This document shows, piece by piece, positions 16,548-25,896 of a stretch of 64,000 nucleotides of DNA. Positions within the stretch are counted from its first letter, which is position 1; the number at the start of each line of letters is the position of its first letter. The notes beneath the pieces are model-generated. The model made no database searches, was not told the origin of the DNA, and saw only the letters and a list, made by a program, of their open reading frames with translations. The position numbers and the translations under genes were made by a program. The stretch is from Escherichia phage Jgk1, in the sequence record PV292302.1. One strand, 5' to 3'.

Positions 16548-17545
16548 TTAGTGCAAAAGTGATTGCTGACAGTATCCATTCGGAGACTGGAACACGTATC
16601 ACAACGTTTGAACTGGTATACCCACGTTTCATTCATAGTGAGTTTATGACTCACCGTATCTTCAACCGTAATGCCTCTAGCAGTCGTGCAATCCCTACCG
16701 ACCGTTTCATTGAACAGGTTCGTACTAGCCCAGTATTTCCAAGCTACTGGGGTAAGAACCAGAAAGGTATGCAGGCATTTGAAGAACTGTCTGAAGACCA
16801 ACGTAGTGATGCAATCTTTATCTGGGACCAGGCTGCGTCCAGTGCTGCTACCTATGCAGAAATGCTGCGTCGTGGACAAGTCCATAAGCAGATTGTTAAT
16901 CGCATTCTGGAACCATTCACACACATTCGTGTGGTAGTAACCTCAACCAGCTGGGCTAACTTCTACGGCTTGCGTGACCATAAGGACGCACAACCGGAGA
17001 TTCGTATCCTGGCTCAGGAGATGAAAAAAGCCCATGCTGAAAGTAAACCTACGAACCTTCACTGGGGTGAATGGCATCTTCCGTATATTACTGCTGCTGA
17101 TTCTGCTAATGCTTATAATCATTGCAAATATCAACGAGTTACGAGAGATGAGCCAAATAGTGAGGAGATTTATGGTCTGCTACTGAAAGTGTCTGCTGCA
17201 CGATGTGCACGAGCTTCCTACAATAACTTTGAAGGTAAGCCATCCACTCTAGAAGAAGACCTGAGTTTGTTCTCTAAGCTAGTAGAAGACCAACCTATTC
17301 ATGCTAGTCCTACTGAGCATCAGGCAACACCTATGCGTCGTTCTATGCCATACGTAAACAACATGAACCCATCTACGTGGGAACAAGGTGTAACGTCTAT
17401 GGATAGAGAAGGCAAATTGTATTCAGGTAACATCCTGGATTTTATCCAGTTCCGTAAACTCATTCCTGGCGAAACAATCACAAAGGAATCTGACTATAAA
17501 AAACGTTGCGATGAGGTTTTACTTTCTCGTAATGGCAGAGTCTGA
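16544..17545 (+). CDS. ThyX-like flavin-dependent thymidylate synthase (variant motif)
   Basis: THRIFNRNASS fits ThyX RHR-x7-S with Arg to Thr at first position. Confidence 0.4.
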   Translation: MISAKVIADSIHSETGTRITTFELVYPRFIHSEFMTHRIFNRNASSSRAIPTDRFIEQVRTSPVFPSYWGKNQKGMQAFEELSEDQRSDAIFIWDQAASSAATYAEMLRRGQVHKQIVNRILEPFTHIRVVVTSTSWANFYGLRDHKDAQPEIRILAQEMKKAHAESKPTNLHWGEWHLPYITAADSANAYNHCKYQRVTRDEPNSEEIYGLLLKVSAARCARASYNNFEGKPSTLEEDLSLFSKLVEDQPIHASPTEHQATPMRRSMPYVNNMNPSTWEQGVTSMDREGKLYSGNILDFIQFRKLIPGETITKESDYKKRCDEVLLSRNGRV

Positions 17546-17699
17546 TTGTGTTGTTTGGTTTGAACAACTATTAAGGCAATCGCAATGTCCGAAGATGATA
17601 AAAACGTACTGTGTAACTTTGTTGGACAGTACTGGGATTTATTCCAACAACACTGTGCCGAATCGGGGGATGACCCTAATCGCATTTATGAAGAATTAG
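17532..17699 (+). CDS. Small hypothetical protein (55 aa)
   Basis: Internal ATG of track ORF 17511; overlaps upstream gene end. Confidence 0.25.
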   Translation: MAESDCVVWFEQLLRQSQCPKMIKTYCVTLLDSTGIYSNNTVPNRGMTLIAFMKN

Positions 17700-17712
17700 G
17701 TGGAGAGCCTGA

Positions 17713-17958
17713 ATGAAAAAGCTCACTATTTACGCAATGATTGCTAGCTGTATCATTTCACTGATTTATGTAATTAAGCTTCAGTGGTTCATAGAAACTG
17801 ATATTCAGTTCTGGCGAATTACTGCCATTAATGCACTAAGTGAGTTTGGTGTACTGTGCTTCTATTACTACGCTCGTGACTACGAGGCTATTAAGGCGCA
17901 GGAGGAACATACTAAACGTGTTATGGGTATGTTCTACGGTAAGGAACCAAAAGAGTAA
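17713..17958 (+). CDS. Small membrane protein (81 aa)
   Basis: Two hydrophobic segments; terminator follows. Confidence 0.45.
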   Translation: MKKLTIYAMIASCIISLIYVIKLQWFIETDIQFWRITAINALSEFGVLCFYYYARDYEAIKAQEEHTKRVMGMFYGKEPKE

Positions 17959-17964
17959 ACATAA

Positions 17965-17989
17965 GACCTCCTCCGGGAGGTCTTTTTTT
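17965..17989 (+). terminator. Rho-independent terminator
   Basis: agacctcc-tccg-ggaggtct hairpin plus T7. Confidence 0.8.
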
Positions 17990-18015
17990 GATTCTATTAA
18001 TGTCCGGGAGGACTT

Positions 18016-18342
18016 ATGTTAAACCCTAATATTGTACACAGTAAGACAGGTGAACTTGTTCCTCTGGACTCTGTAGCTACCGTTGAAGATATTCTGGCTT
18101 GCCCAGCAAATATCGCAGCACTTTGTATGTGCATCGTGGAGCTAACTAAAGAGCGTAAGCTCTGGCTGGAACCAAGCAAAGAGATGGTTCAGGCTGGTTT
18201 GGCAGAAGTTCAATCCATGCTAGATAGTTGGGAAGATGATGGCACATTGTCTTATGGAGCCGCAGATGATATCTCCGATGTAAAAGCATCTGATATGGCT
18301 GTATTTGTATTACAAGCTATGGCTGGTAAACGTAATGGCTGA
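18016..18342 (+). CDS. Hypothetical protein (108 aa)
   Basis: ORF with GGGAGGA RBS. Confidence 0.45.
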   Translation: MLNPNIVHSKTGELVPLDSVATVEDILACPANIAALCMCIVELTKERKLWLEPSKEMVQAGLAEVQSMLDSWEDDGTLSYGAADDISDVKASDMAVFVLQAMAGKRNG

Positions 18343-18453
18343 TATCTGGTTAGCCTTATTAATATTCGTAAGTAACTTCGGAGCGTTATTAGGATTTGCC
18401 GTCATATTACTAGCACTATTTTCATAAGCTGCATTCTATCTGGAGAGTTAAAA

Positions 18454-21063
18454 ATGCAAGTTGCAGATTCACGTCAGTTAACCACCTCAGCAACCCTGGG
18501 TGGGCAAGAAGCTATTTCCTTTGGTATCTCGGAAGACCCGGCATTCTTTCAAATCCTGAGTTCATCCCTATATAACAACCCAAATCTGGCAGTAGTCCGT
18601 GAGACTATCTGTAACAGTTGGGATGCTCATATTGAAGCAGGATTACAGCATGTACCTATCCTAATTCACCTGGATGAAGATGGCTTCATTCGCTTCCGTG
18701 ACTACGGTAAGGGCATCCCTACCGATAAAATCGGTGAAGTATACGGCACTTATGGTGCATCAACTAAGAAGGCCAATACTGCAACCACTGGTGGTTTCGG
18801 TTTGGGCTGTAAGTCTCCATTTGCTTATACGGATAGCTTCCAGGTTACTTCTATGAACCAGGGTAAGATGTCCATTTATAACGTTACCAAGTCTTCTATT
18901 GAGACTAATGGTAAACCGGGCATCATCCCAATCATAACTGGAGTAGATACTGACCAGACTGGTCTGGAAGTTAAATTCCAGATTCGCAATGAAGATGTTA
19001 ACGAGTTCGTTCGTTACATTGAATCCATCGTTTATAACGGCGAGATTAAGGCAGTATTACGTCGCCGTGTATTAACTACTCCTGGCGAAATGTCAGAGCA
19101 AGACCGTGAATTGCCTGTATTAGGTATGTCTTTTGAGCCTGGTTCATTTGACTTCTCAGGCACATGGCATCGTAATTACATGGGTAGTCACGCTGTATAT
19201 GTTCGTTATGGTAACGTCATGTATCCAGCTACCCAAAGCCCAGCTACTGAAGAAGCTCTGGGGTTAATCCATAACTTCATGAACATCATTGGTGCTTCTC
19301 GTATTGTTGTACAAGCTGCACCGTCTACACTGGCTATTGCCCCAAGTCGTGAAACGCTATCAAACCAGAAAATGACAGATGATGGTATTACTGATATCTG
19401 CGTTAATCTGGTAGATAAACTGGAAGCTTTGTGTAAGGAAAAAATTCCTGAAGCTATTAAATACATTGAAAAATGTATTAAAAAGGATACCAGTTATAGC
19501 TGGTATGGATATCCTAACTTCCTGTATTATCTCAACGACCACATGGTTCGTGGATACATGGCATCTAGTTTATGGTCTAAACAGTATAAGCATTACCTTA
19601 AGTACTGGGAAAACCTTTCCAATAAACGATTCTTTGAACAACCTGAGTTCCAGGGTTTTAACTGGAACCAGAACAAAGCAATGAAAGCTCTGCGTAAATC
19701 TCGTAGTGGTGGAAACACACGTCCATTGTCCAAATTCTTGCAGCGTTACGCTGTATTACCAACACTGGCTAAGTGGGCAACTGCTGGGCATGTGTTCTCT
19801 GGATACATCATTGGGCAGGGAATGTATGGTTGTGCTCTATATAAGTACAACATCAGCCACTGGCTAAAGCACGCTAGTACTAGCAATATTCTTGGGCTGT
19901 TAAAAACCAAGAACGTTGTGATTACACGTCGTATGTCTGACTGTGCTGAATCCTTTGACTTCTTCCCTGAATATCACGGTAGTCAATGGCGGGAGGCTTG
20001 CGAAGAAAACCCTGGGCATGTTTATAACAAATCTGCCTTAGTAATCCATGTGGGTCCAAAGGAAATTTATGCTACAGAAGCTGTGGCTAAATGGTCTGCT
20101 CTTGGTTATCGAGTTATCGACTTAACCCAAGATAATGACTGGGATGAACCAGCAAAAATTCGTAAAAACATTGCCAAGGTAGCGGCTGCTGAGCGTGCTC
20201 GTAAAAAACAAGCATTATTAGATGCAGGTATGAAAGGCTCAGAGCCTAACAGACTGATATCTATTAATTGCTTAATTGGTGAACGTCTTTATATCAATAA
20301 TGACCGTAAAACTGCCACTATGCCCTGGATTTCTTATGACTATGCTGCACCGGAAACATGGAAGAAAAATAACCATGTGGACGTACCGGAACCAGTGTAT
20401 TACGTAACTCAGAAGGACATTTACCAAGGTAAGCCGAAAGACAATCCTAGGATTGGCTCTATGCATACCTGGAATGACCTAACGGAAGAAGTTCGTGCTG
20501 TAACTATCATTTGTCGTAATAAGACTGAGATTAACAAAGCCGTTAAACGTGGTGCTGTTCATCTTGATGATAAACGTTACAAAGAGCTATTTGGTGTAAT
20601 TACTACCAAAAAGTTCAAAAAGTACGTAACAGAAGAACGTTTAGGCTTCCTGGGATATCTGAACATGGATAGTGGTGAATGGCATGAACTGTTAAAGATA
20701 CTGGGTATCAAACATAAAGTCCTCGACTCTATGGTTGACCGTCCAGAGTTTAACTGGGCTTACGATTTCTTGAATAGCAATCGCTATTATGACCGTGAAA
20801 AGTTAGTTCAAATGAAACTGATGGACAATACTGATGGACTTGCTCCATACGTAACGTTAACTCATCTGAAGTCATTTAAGCACTTACAAACACTGTGCGA
20901 TTTAAAAGGTATCTTCCATAGTAGTGAAGTGGGAGGACCATTGTATGGCACTTCCATAGAAACTGTATTGGATTGGGTTAAAAAACACCCGGAAGATATT
21001 CCGGCATATAAGACCCTAATTCGTAATGCAATCACCAAACGTAAAGGTATATACATCCGATGA
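18454..21063 (+). CDS. rIIA: rIIA-like protein with N-terminal GHKL-type ATPase motifs
   Basis: 869 aa; N-box-like ICNSWDAH and G1-box-like DYGKGIP; size and position as in N4-like phages. Confidence 0.55.
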   Translation: MQVADSRQLTTSATLGGQEAISFGISEDPAFFQILSSSLYNNPNLAVVRETICNSWDAHIEAGLQHVPILIHLDEDGFIRFRDYGKGIPTDKIGEVYGTYGASTKKANTATTGGFGLGCKSPFAYTDSFQVTSMNQGKMSIYNVTKSSIETNGKPGIIPIITGVDTDQTGLEVKFQIRNEDVNEFVRYIESIVYNGEIKAVLRRRVLTTPGEMSEQDRELPVLGMSFEPGSFDFSGTWHRNYMGSHAVYVRYGNVMYPATQSPATEEALGLIHNFMNIIGASRIVVQAAPSTLAIAPSRETLSNQKMTDDGITDICVNLVDKLEALCKEKIPEAIKYIEKCIKKDTSYSWYGYPNFLYYLNDHMVRGYMASSLWSKQYKHYLKYWENLSNKRFFEQPEFQGFNWNQNKAMKALRKSRSGGNTRPLSKFLQRYAVLPTLAKWATAGHVFSGYIIGQGMYGCALYKYNISHWLKHASTSNILGLLKTKNVVITRRMSDCAESFDFFPEYHGSQWREACEENPGHVYNKSALVIHVGPKEIYATEAVAKWSALGYRVIDLTQDNDWDEPAKIRKNIAKVAAAERARKKQALLDAGMKGSEPNRLISINCLIGERLYINNDRKTATMPWISYDYAAPETWKKNNHVDVPEPVYYVTQKDIYQGKPKDNPRIGSMHTWNDLTEEVRAVTIICRNKTEINKAVKRGAVHLDDKRYKELFGVITTKKFKKYVTEERLGFLGYLNMDSGEWHELLKILGIKHKVLDSMVDRPEFNWAYDFLNSNRYYDREKLVQMKLMDNTDGLAPYVTLTHLKSFKHLQTLCDLKGIFHSSEVGGPLYGTSIETVLDWVKKHPEDIPAYKTLIRNAITKRKGIYIR

Positions 21064-23165
21064 AAACTGAAATGTTAACCATCATCGCACTTGCCGTTGA
21101 TTCCCGTAATCTGACAATGTGGAAACCTGACGGCTACACTGTCATTATCCCACAGGGCGACCATCGAGTCGCCCGTATCGTAGCTGAGGCTAAAGAGAAA
21201 GGGCTACGCCCAGGTCATCCTGTAGATGTAGATGTTGCTGAAGTTGCTACTATACGTACTGAGTTCAACGATGCAGAGAAGAACACTAACGGCCTCGTTA
21301 AGTTCTTCAAAATGGCTAAGTCCAAATTCCTGGAGTTTATTCAGGATGGTACAGGCGAGGATATTGCACCCCTGGTTCCAAATATTAAGTTGGGTTCCCC
21401 AACCGAACAATTGGTAACCAAAGCAGTAGATACGTTCGTAGCTGTAAGACAAGCTGTTAAACCCGTTGAGGTAACTGAAGTAGATGGTGATTACGATGTT
21501 CGTAATAACATCATCTGGGTTACTGGTTTTGACAAAAACCATGACCGTGTTTCGCTTATCCGCTTCATCATGGACATTACTAACCGTAATACGGAAGATG
21601 CTGGACTATTAGCTAATACAGAGTGGCCTATTGCCCTGGCATCGGTAAGTGATGACGTAGCATTTGAGTACAACAAACGTGCTCAGCAAATCAATGGCGT
21701 TAAGTTTATCATTACTGATACAGACACTACACCTGAGGCGTATGTCGAACCAGTAATTAAAGCCCAACCTGGTGCAAAACCGCAGGTAACTAACAAAGAT
21801 AAGCTCAATGCTGCATCTGAAAAGCTGCAAGCACTGGGTGCAATCGGCACTGATAATGCAGACTTCCATAAAGATGTTAAGGCAGACGAGGTTGTCGTTG
21901 CTGTTACCCCTGCTGGTGTAGTTCCAGGTGTTGAAAACCTTCAACGTCACCTACGTCAGGCATCTAAGCTGAAAGATTATAAAGGCTTTAACCGCTTCCT
22001 TGAGCGTCTGGCTCCAGTGGTTAAAAACCGTCGTCACTCAGCGGAAGACCTGATGAAGTTCATGGAAACAGCAGAATTGCCTATTGCAGATGATGGCTGC
22101 ATTCTGTTCCTGAAACGCCTTAAATACAAACACACAGATGATAGTGGTCGTCGTGTATTTGTGGATTGTCACTCCGGTAACATCCGTCAGTGGGTAGGCT
22201 GTAAGGTACAGGTACGTGAAGACCTGGTAGACCCAGACCGTCGACGCGACTGTTCTAACGGCCTCCACGTAGCATCTATGAGTTACATTACTGGCTTCTC
22301 TGGTGACGTTACTATTCTCGGTAAAGTTGCACCAGAAGACGTATTTGCTGTGCCAGAATACAGCACTAATAAAATGCGTGTATCTGCATATCACATCCTG
22401 GCAGAGCTACTTGAAAAAGAACGTGTAAACGTTAATTCAGGTACGTATCTGTCCAAGACTGATGTGGGCAAAGTACTTCTGAATAACGCAATCGTTGGTA
22501 ACCATAAATCCCCTACTGACCTTGTTGTAGTAGGTGGACATAATGGTAGCAACCTGACGTATACAACGTTATCGCAAGTGACTCAGGAACAAATCCGTAC
22601 TGTTGCTTCTAAAGAAGCAATCAATATGGAAGAGAAACTGAACGACGTACTTGCTGCTGAACCAGTGACACCTGCTGATGTTAAACCTGTAACTGAAACC
22701 TCGGTTGAAATCAAACCGCCTAAGGCTCCTACTGTGAAAGAACAAATCTTGGAACTTGTAAAAGAATTCCAAAATGCAACTTCTCCAGAAGATAAGTTAG
22801 CTGCTGCTGACTTGCTGGTAGAACTGCGTGGTAAAGCTAAGAAACCGTGGGGTGCATTCGGCGTTGATAGTTCAATCGTTGAACGCATTGCTACTGTTCG
22901 TGCAATGCACCAAACCCCTGCTGAAGCAAAAGCTAAAGCTGAACCAGTGAAGGTAAGTAAGCCTAATAAGCCTGCTGCTAAACCTGGTAACGGTAAGCAC
23001 GCTGATACTATCCGTAGTTGGCTCAACGATAGTGGCATGTCTGATTATCAGAAAGCTCATTCTATCCATGACCTGAAACGTGCTGCTAAAAAGTCATACT
23101 TTGCACTTGGTCTGTCTCCAGACGAAATCAAAGCTATTGACAAGCTTAAACATCACCTGAAGTAA
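21060..23165 (+). CDS. rIIB: rIIB-like protein
   Basis: 701 aa immediately downstream of rIIA-like gene, translationally coupled; no diagnostic motif. Confidence 0.4.
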   Translation: MKTEMLTIIALAVDSRNLTMWKPDGYTVIIPQGDHRVARIVAEAKEKGLRPGHPVDVDVAEVATIRTEFNDAEKNTNGLVKFFKMAKSKFLEFIQDGTGEDIAPLVPNIKLGSPTEQLVTKAVDTFVAVRQAVKPVEVTEVDGDYDVRNNIIWVTGFDKNHDRVSLIRFIMDITNRNTEDAGLLANTEWPIALASVSDDVAFEYNKRAQQINGVKFIITDTDTTPEAYVEPVIKAQPGAKPQVTNKDKLNAASEKLQALGAIGTDNADFHKDVKADEVVVAVTPAGVVPGVENLQRHLRQASKLKDYKGFNRFLERLAPVVKNRRHSAEDLMKFMETAELPIADDGCILFLKRLKYKHTDDSGRRVFVDCHSGNIRQWVGCKVQVREDLVDPDRRRDCSNGLHVASMSYITGFSGDVTILGKVAPEDVFAVPEYSTNKMRVSAYHILAELLEKERVNVNSGTYLSKTDVGKVLLNNAIVGNHKSPTDLVVVGGHNGSNLTYTTLSQVTQEQIRTVASKEAINMEEKLNDVLAAEPVTPADVKPVTETSVEIKPPKAPTVKEQILELVKEFQNATSPEDKLAAADLLVELRGKAKKPWGAFGVDSSIVERIATVRAMHQTPAEAKAKAEPVKVSKPNKPAAKPGNGKHADTIRSWLNDSGMSDYQKAHSIHDLKRAAKKSYFALGLSPDEIKAIDKLKHHLK

Positions 23166-23227
23166 CAGCCTGTTCAAGAACCCTCAGTTGAAATATACTG
23201 AGGGTATCTTTGAAGAGGAAATGTACT

Positions 23228-23632
23228 ATGTCTAAAGTTTTTCGTTCTAATCGCAAAGCAACTGATGACGACATCATTAAAATGAATGCCGTTGGTCTAT
23301 CCCTAGCAACTATCGCAAAGACATTGGGGGTTCACCCTACAACAGTTACTTTGCGATTACGTTCTCTCAATATTGAACCTGCTGACACTCGTCGCACATT
23401 CATGGAGAACGTGTTACGACCCATGCCTACCCATGTAGCAGACTGGCTTGCAGAGCAAGTTGGTCCACAGTATGAGATTCGCTCTTACGTTCGTGATTTG
23501 CTCATGGAGGCCTACAATAACCGTGATAAATACCAAGAGAGTGCTCATGAGCGATTCCTTAAACGATACGCTGGTACAAACTCAGAACTGGTTTCTGAAG
23601 GCAGTGCCAACTCCGACCCAGAAAAACATTAG
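23228..23632 (+). CDS. HTH DNA-binding protein (track start is TTG at 23210)
   Basis: Helix-turn-helix-like LSLATIAKTLGVHPTTVTLRLRSL; ATG at 23228. Confidence 0.45.
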   Translation: MSKVFRSNRKATDDDIIKMNAVGLSLATIAKTLGVHPTTVTLRLRSLNIEPADTRRTFMENVLRPMPTHVADWLAEQVGPQYEIRSYVRDLLMEAYNNRDKYQESAHERFLKRYAGTNSELVSEGSANSDPEKH

Positions 23633-24002
23633 TACCCAGATTGGTTGCCATCTGGAAGAAGTAGAAGAAATGCTTCAGACCATTTATCCAAATGGCAATT
23701 ACGATGCAGAATTGCTGCAACGTGCACAAGATGCCATTACAAATCTGGCAAACCATATGAAACGTAATGACGATGCCTATCGCATTGACGTTAGTACGAA
23801 CCTGCTGGATGCACTGGTAGACCAAATTGTTACAGCAACTGGTGTTGGTGTTTTCCTGGGCATGAATGTCCCTGGAGCGTTGGCAGAAGTCAATCGCTCA
23901 AACTACTCTAAGTTCGAAGATGGGGAACCTATCTTCAACGAAAACAAGAAAGTTATGAAAGGTAAGGATTACACTCCACCTGACTTAACACCATTCATCT
24001 AA
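23547..24002 (+). CDS. Putative MazG-like nucleotide pyrophosphohydrolase
   Basis: LEEVEEM and DALVDQ acidic helices; start uncertain (23547 overlaps upstream gene by 86 nt; 23670 alternative). Confidence 0.3.
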   Translation: MSDSLNDTLVQTQNWFLKAVPTPTQKNISTQIGCHLEEVEEMLQTIYPNGNYDAELLQRAQDAITNLANHMKRNDDAYRIDVSTNLLDALVDQIVTATGVGVFLGMNVPGALAEVNRSNYSKFEDGEPIFNENKKVMKGKDYTPPDLTPFI

Positions 24003-24024
24003 ACCCTCTACGGAGGGTTTTTTA
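24003..24024 (+). terminator. Rho-independent terminator
   Basis: accctc-tacg-gagggt hairpin plus T6. Confidence 0.7.
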
Positions 24025-24036
24025 CTGGAGAAGTAG

Positions 24037-25347
24037 ATGTTTTCCAAATCCACCAAGCTACCCCTGAACCAGGGGCAAGAAGCTGTAGCTAAGGAATTCT
24101 TTGATTTCCTGCTAGACCCTAACGCCACCGAGTTCAACATTTCTGGGCCTGGTGGTACTGGCAAGACATTCCTGATGTCTCATCTTATTGATGACACTAT
24201 GCCAGCCTATATGGATACTTGTTCCATTATGGGGACTAAGCCGTTATACAACGAAGTTGTTATGACAGCTACTACCAATAAGGCTGCTGAGGTACTGGCT
24301 CAGGCTACTGGGCGTCCTACGTCCACATATCACTCTTATCAGGGACTGATTGTTAAGAATGACTTTAAGACTGGCGAAACTAACATCGCACCATCTAAGT
24401 CATTCGCCATCAAGAAGAACAAAATCATCTTTGTAGATGAAGCTTCTATGATTGACCGTCAGTTACTGAAATATGCCCGTGAGGGTACTCATCAGAGTAA
24501 ACTAGTATTCGTAGGTGATGCCAGTCAGTTACTTCCAGTAAAAGAAAATAAATCCCCAGTCTATGCAGGTAATATCCCAACACACTATCTGACACAGCAG
24601 ATGCGTACCGATAGCCCAGAACTGAAAGCATTGCACCAGCAATTGCGAGATACAGTTAATGGCGTAACGGGATTCCTGCCAATCAAGTGTATCCCTGGGA
24701 TTATTGACTGGGTTAATGGTGAGGAAATGGAAAAGCTTGTGCTTGAACATTTCTGTAACCATACCGATAGCCGTATCGTGGCTTACACCAATGACCAGGT
24801 TATTAACTACAATAACTACATTCGTGAAGCTAATGGCTATAAAGGTGAGTACTCCATCGGGGAAGAACTGGTATCCAACTCTGCTGTTAAGCTGGGGGTT
24901 GATGACCGTTTGTCTATTGAACAGGACGTTAAACTCATCGACCAGGACAGCAGTACTCGCATGATTCGTGTCGTAAATGACATCGAACTAGAAGTGCGAG
25001 ATAGTACTCTTGACCTGGGTTATGGTGGTATTGTCAGTGAAGTACCAGTACCAACTGACCCCGACTACTTTAACCGTCTGGTTAAGTGGTTAGGCAAGGA
25101 TAAAAACTGGGAACCATACTTCCGTATGAAGGAAACTATTCCTGACCTCCGAGCTACTCACGCCTGTACTGTTCACAAATCACAAGGTTCGTCTTACGAC
25201 ACTATTTTCATTGATGCTTCCGACCTCTCAAGTTGTCGCCAACCAGATATGGTTGCTCGTCTGCTTTACGTCGCAGTATCCCGTGCCCGTAAACGAGTTG
25301 TGTTCTACGGTGAACTGGCTCAGAAATATGGTGCTTTAACCTTCTAA
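24037..25347 (+). CDS. Dda/RecD-like SF1 DNA helicase
   Basis: Walker A GPGGTGKT; C-terminal TVHKSQGSSYD. Confidence 0.75.
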   Translation: MFSKSTKLPLNQGQEAVAKEFFDFLLDPNATEFNISGPGGTGKTFLMSHLIDDTMPAYMDTCSIMGTKPLYNEVVMTATTNKAAEVLAQATGRPTSTYHSYQGLIVKNDFKTGETNIAPSKSFAIKKNKIIFVDEASMIDRQLLKYAREGTHQSKLVFVGDASQLLPVKENKSPVYAGNIPTHYLTQQMRTDSPELKALHQQLRDTVNGVTGFLPIKCIPGIIDWVNGEEMEKLVLEHFCNHTDSRIVAYTNDQVINYNNYIREANGYKGEYSIGEELVSNSAVKLGVDDRLSIEQDVKLIDQDSSTRMIRVVNDIELEVRDSTLDLGYGGIVSEVPVPTDPDYFNRLVKWLGKDKNWEPYFRMKETIPDLRATHACTVHKSQGSSYDTIFIDASDLSSCRQPDMVARLLYVAVSRARKRVVFYGELAQKYGALTF

Positions 25348-25356
25348 GGAGGACTT

Positions 25357-25887
25357 ATGCCACAAGTAGGAACTACTACCATCAATCAAATTGCTAACAG
25401 CAGTGAGATTGTTAAGCATCTATTCTTTGCTGAACTTACCCGTCTGGATGGTGTCCTTAATGGCATCATTGACAAGAATGACCGTACTTACGGTATTGAC
25501 GTATCAGCAGGATTTATGCATCAAGGCGAATTCTATCAACGTACTAATGCCTCCAGAGCACCTACTGCTGGGGAGAGACTTGCCCTTAATCCTGCCCTAT
25601 GGTCAGCAATGGACAAGTATCTTAAAGCTGCCAGTAAGTTGATTATGGAAGTGCATTTAGTTAACCAGACAGTCTATCGTCTGGTTCGTGGATGTATGTC
25701 CTATCAGGACGTGCGTGATGCTTTACCTGAGTGTCTGGTTGTTCAAGACCAGACGGGAAATTATAAAGGGCTGCCTCGTACTCGTGAAGCTGCATGGACT
25801 CTTCAAGGCGATGCTATGGCATTAAGCCAGTATAAGAAAGTGCTGCCTGCTATCGAGTATTACGCTGCTGCTCACTTAATTTTCTAA
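25357..25887 (+). CDS. Hypothetical protein (176 aa)
   Basis: ORF with AGGAGGA RBS. Confidence 0.5.
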   Translation: MPQVGTTTINQIANSSEIVKHLFFAELTRLDGVLNGIIDKNDRTYGIDVSAGFMHQGEFYQRTNASRAPTAGERLALNPALWSAMDKYLKAASKLIMEVHLVNQTVYRLVRGCMSYQDVRDALPECLVVQDQTGNYKGLPRTREAAWTLQGDAMALSQYKKVLPAIEYYAAAHLIF

Positions 25888-25896
25888 GGGAAAGCT

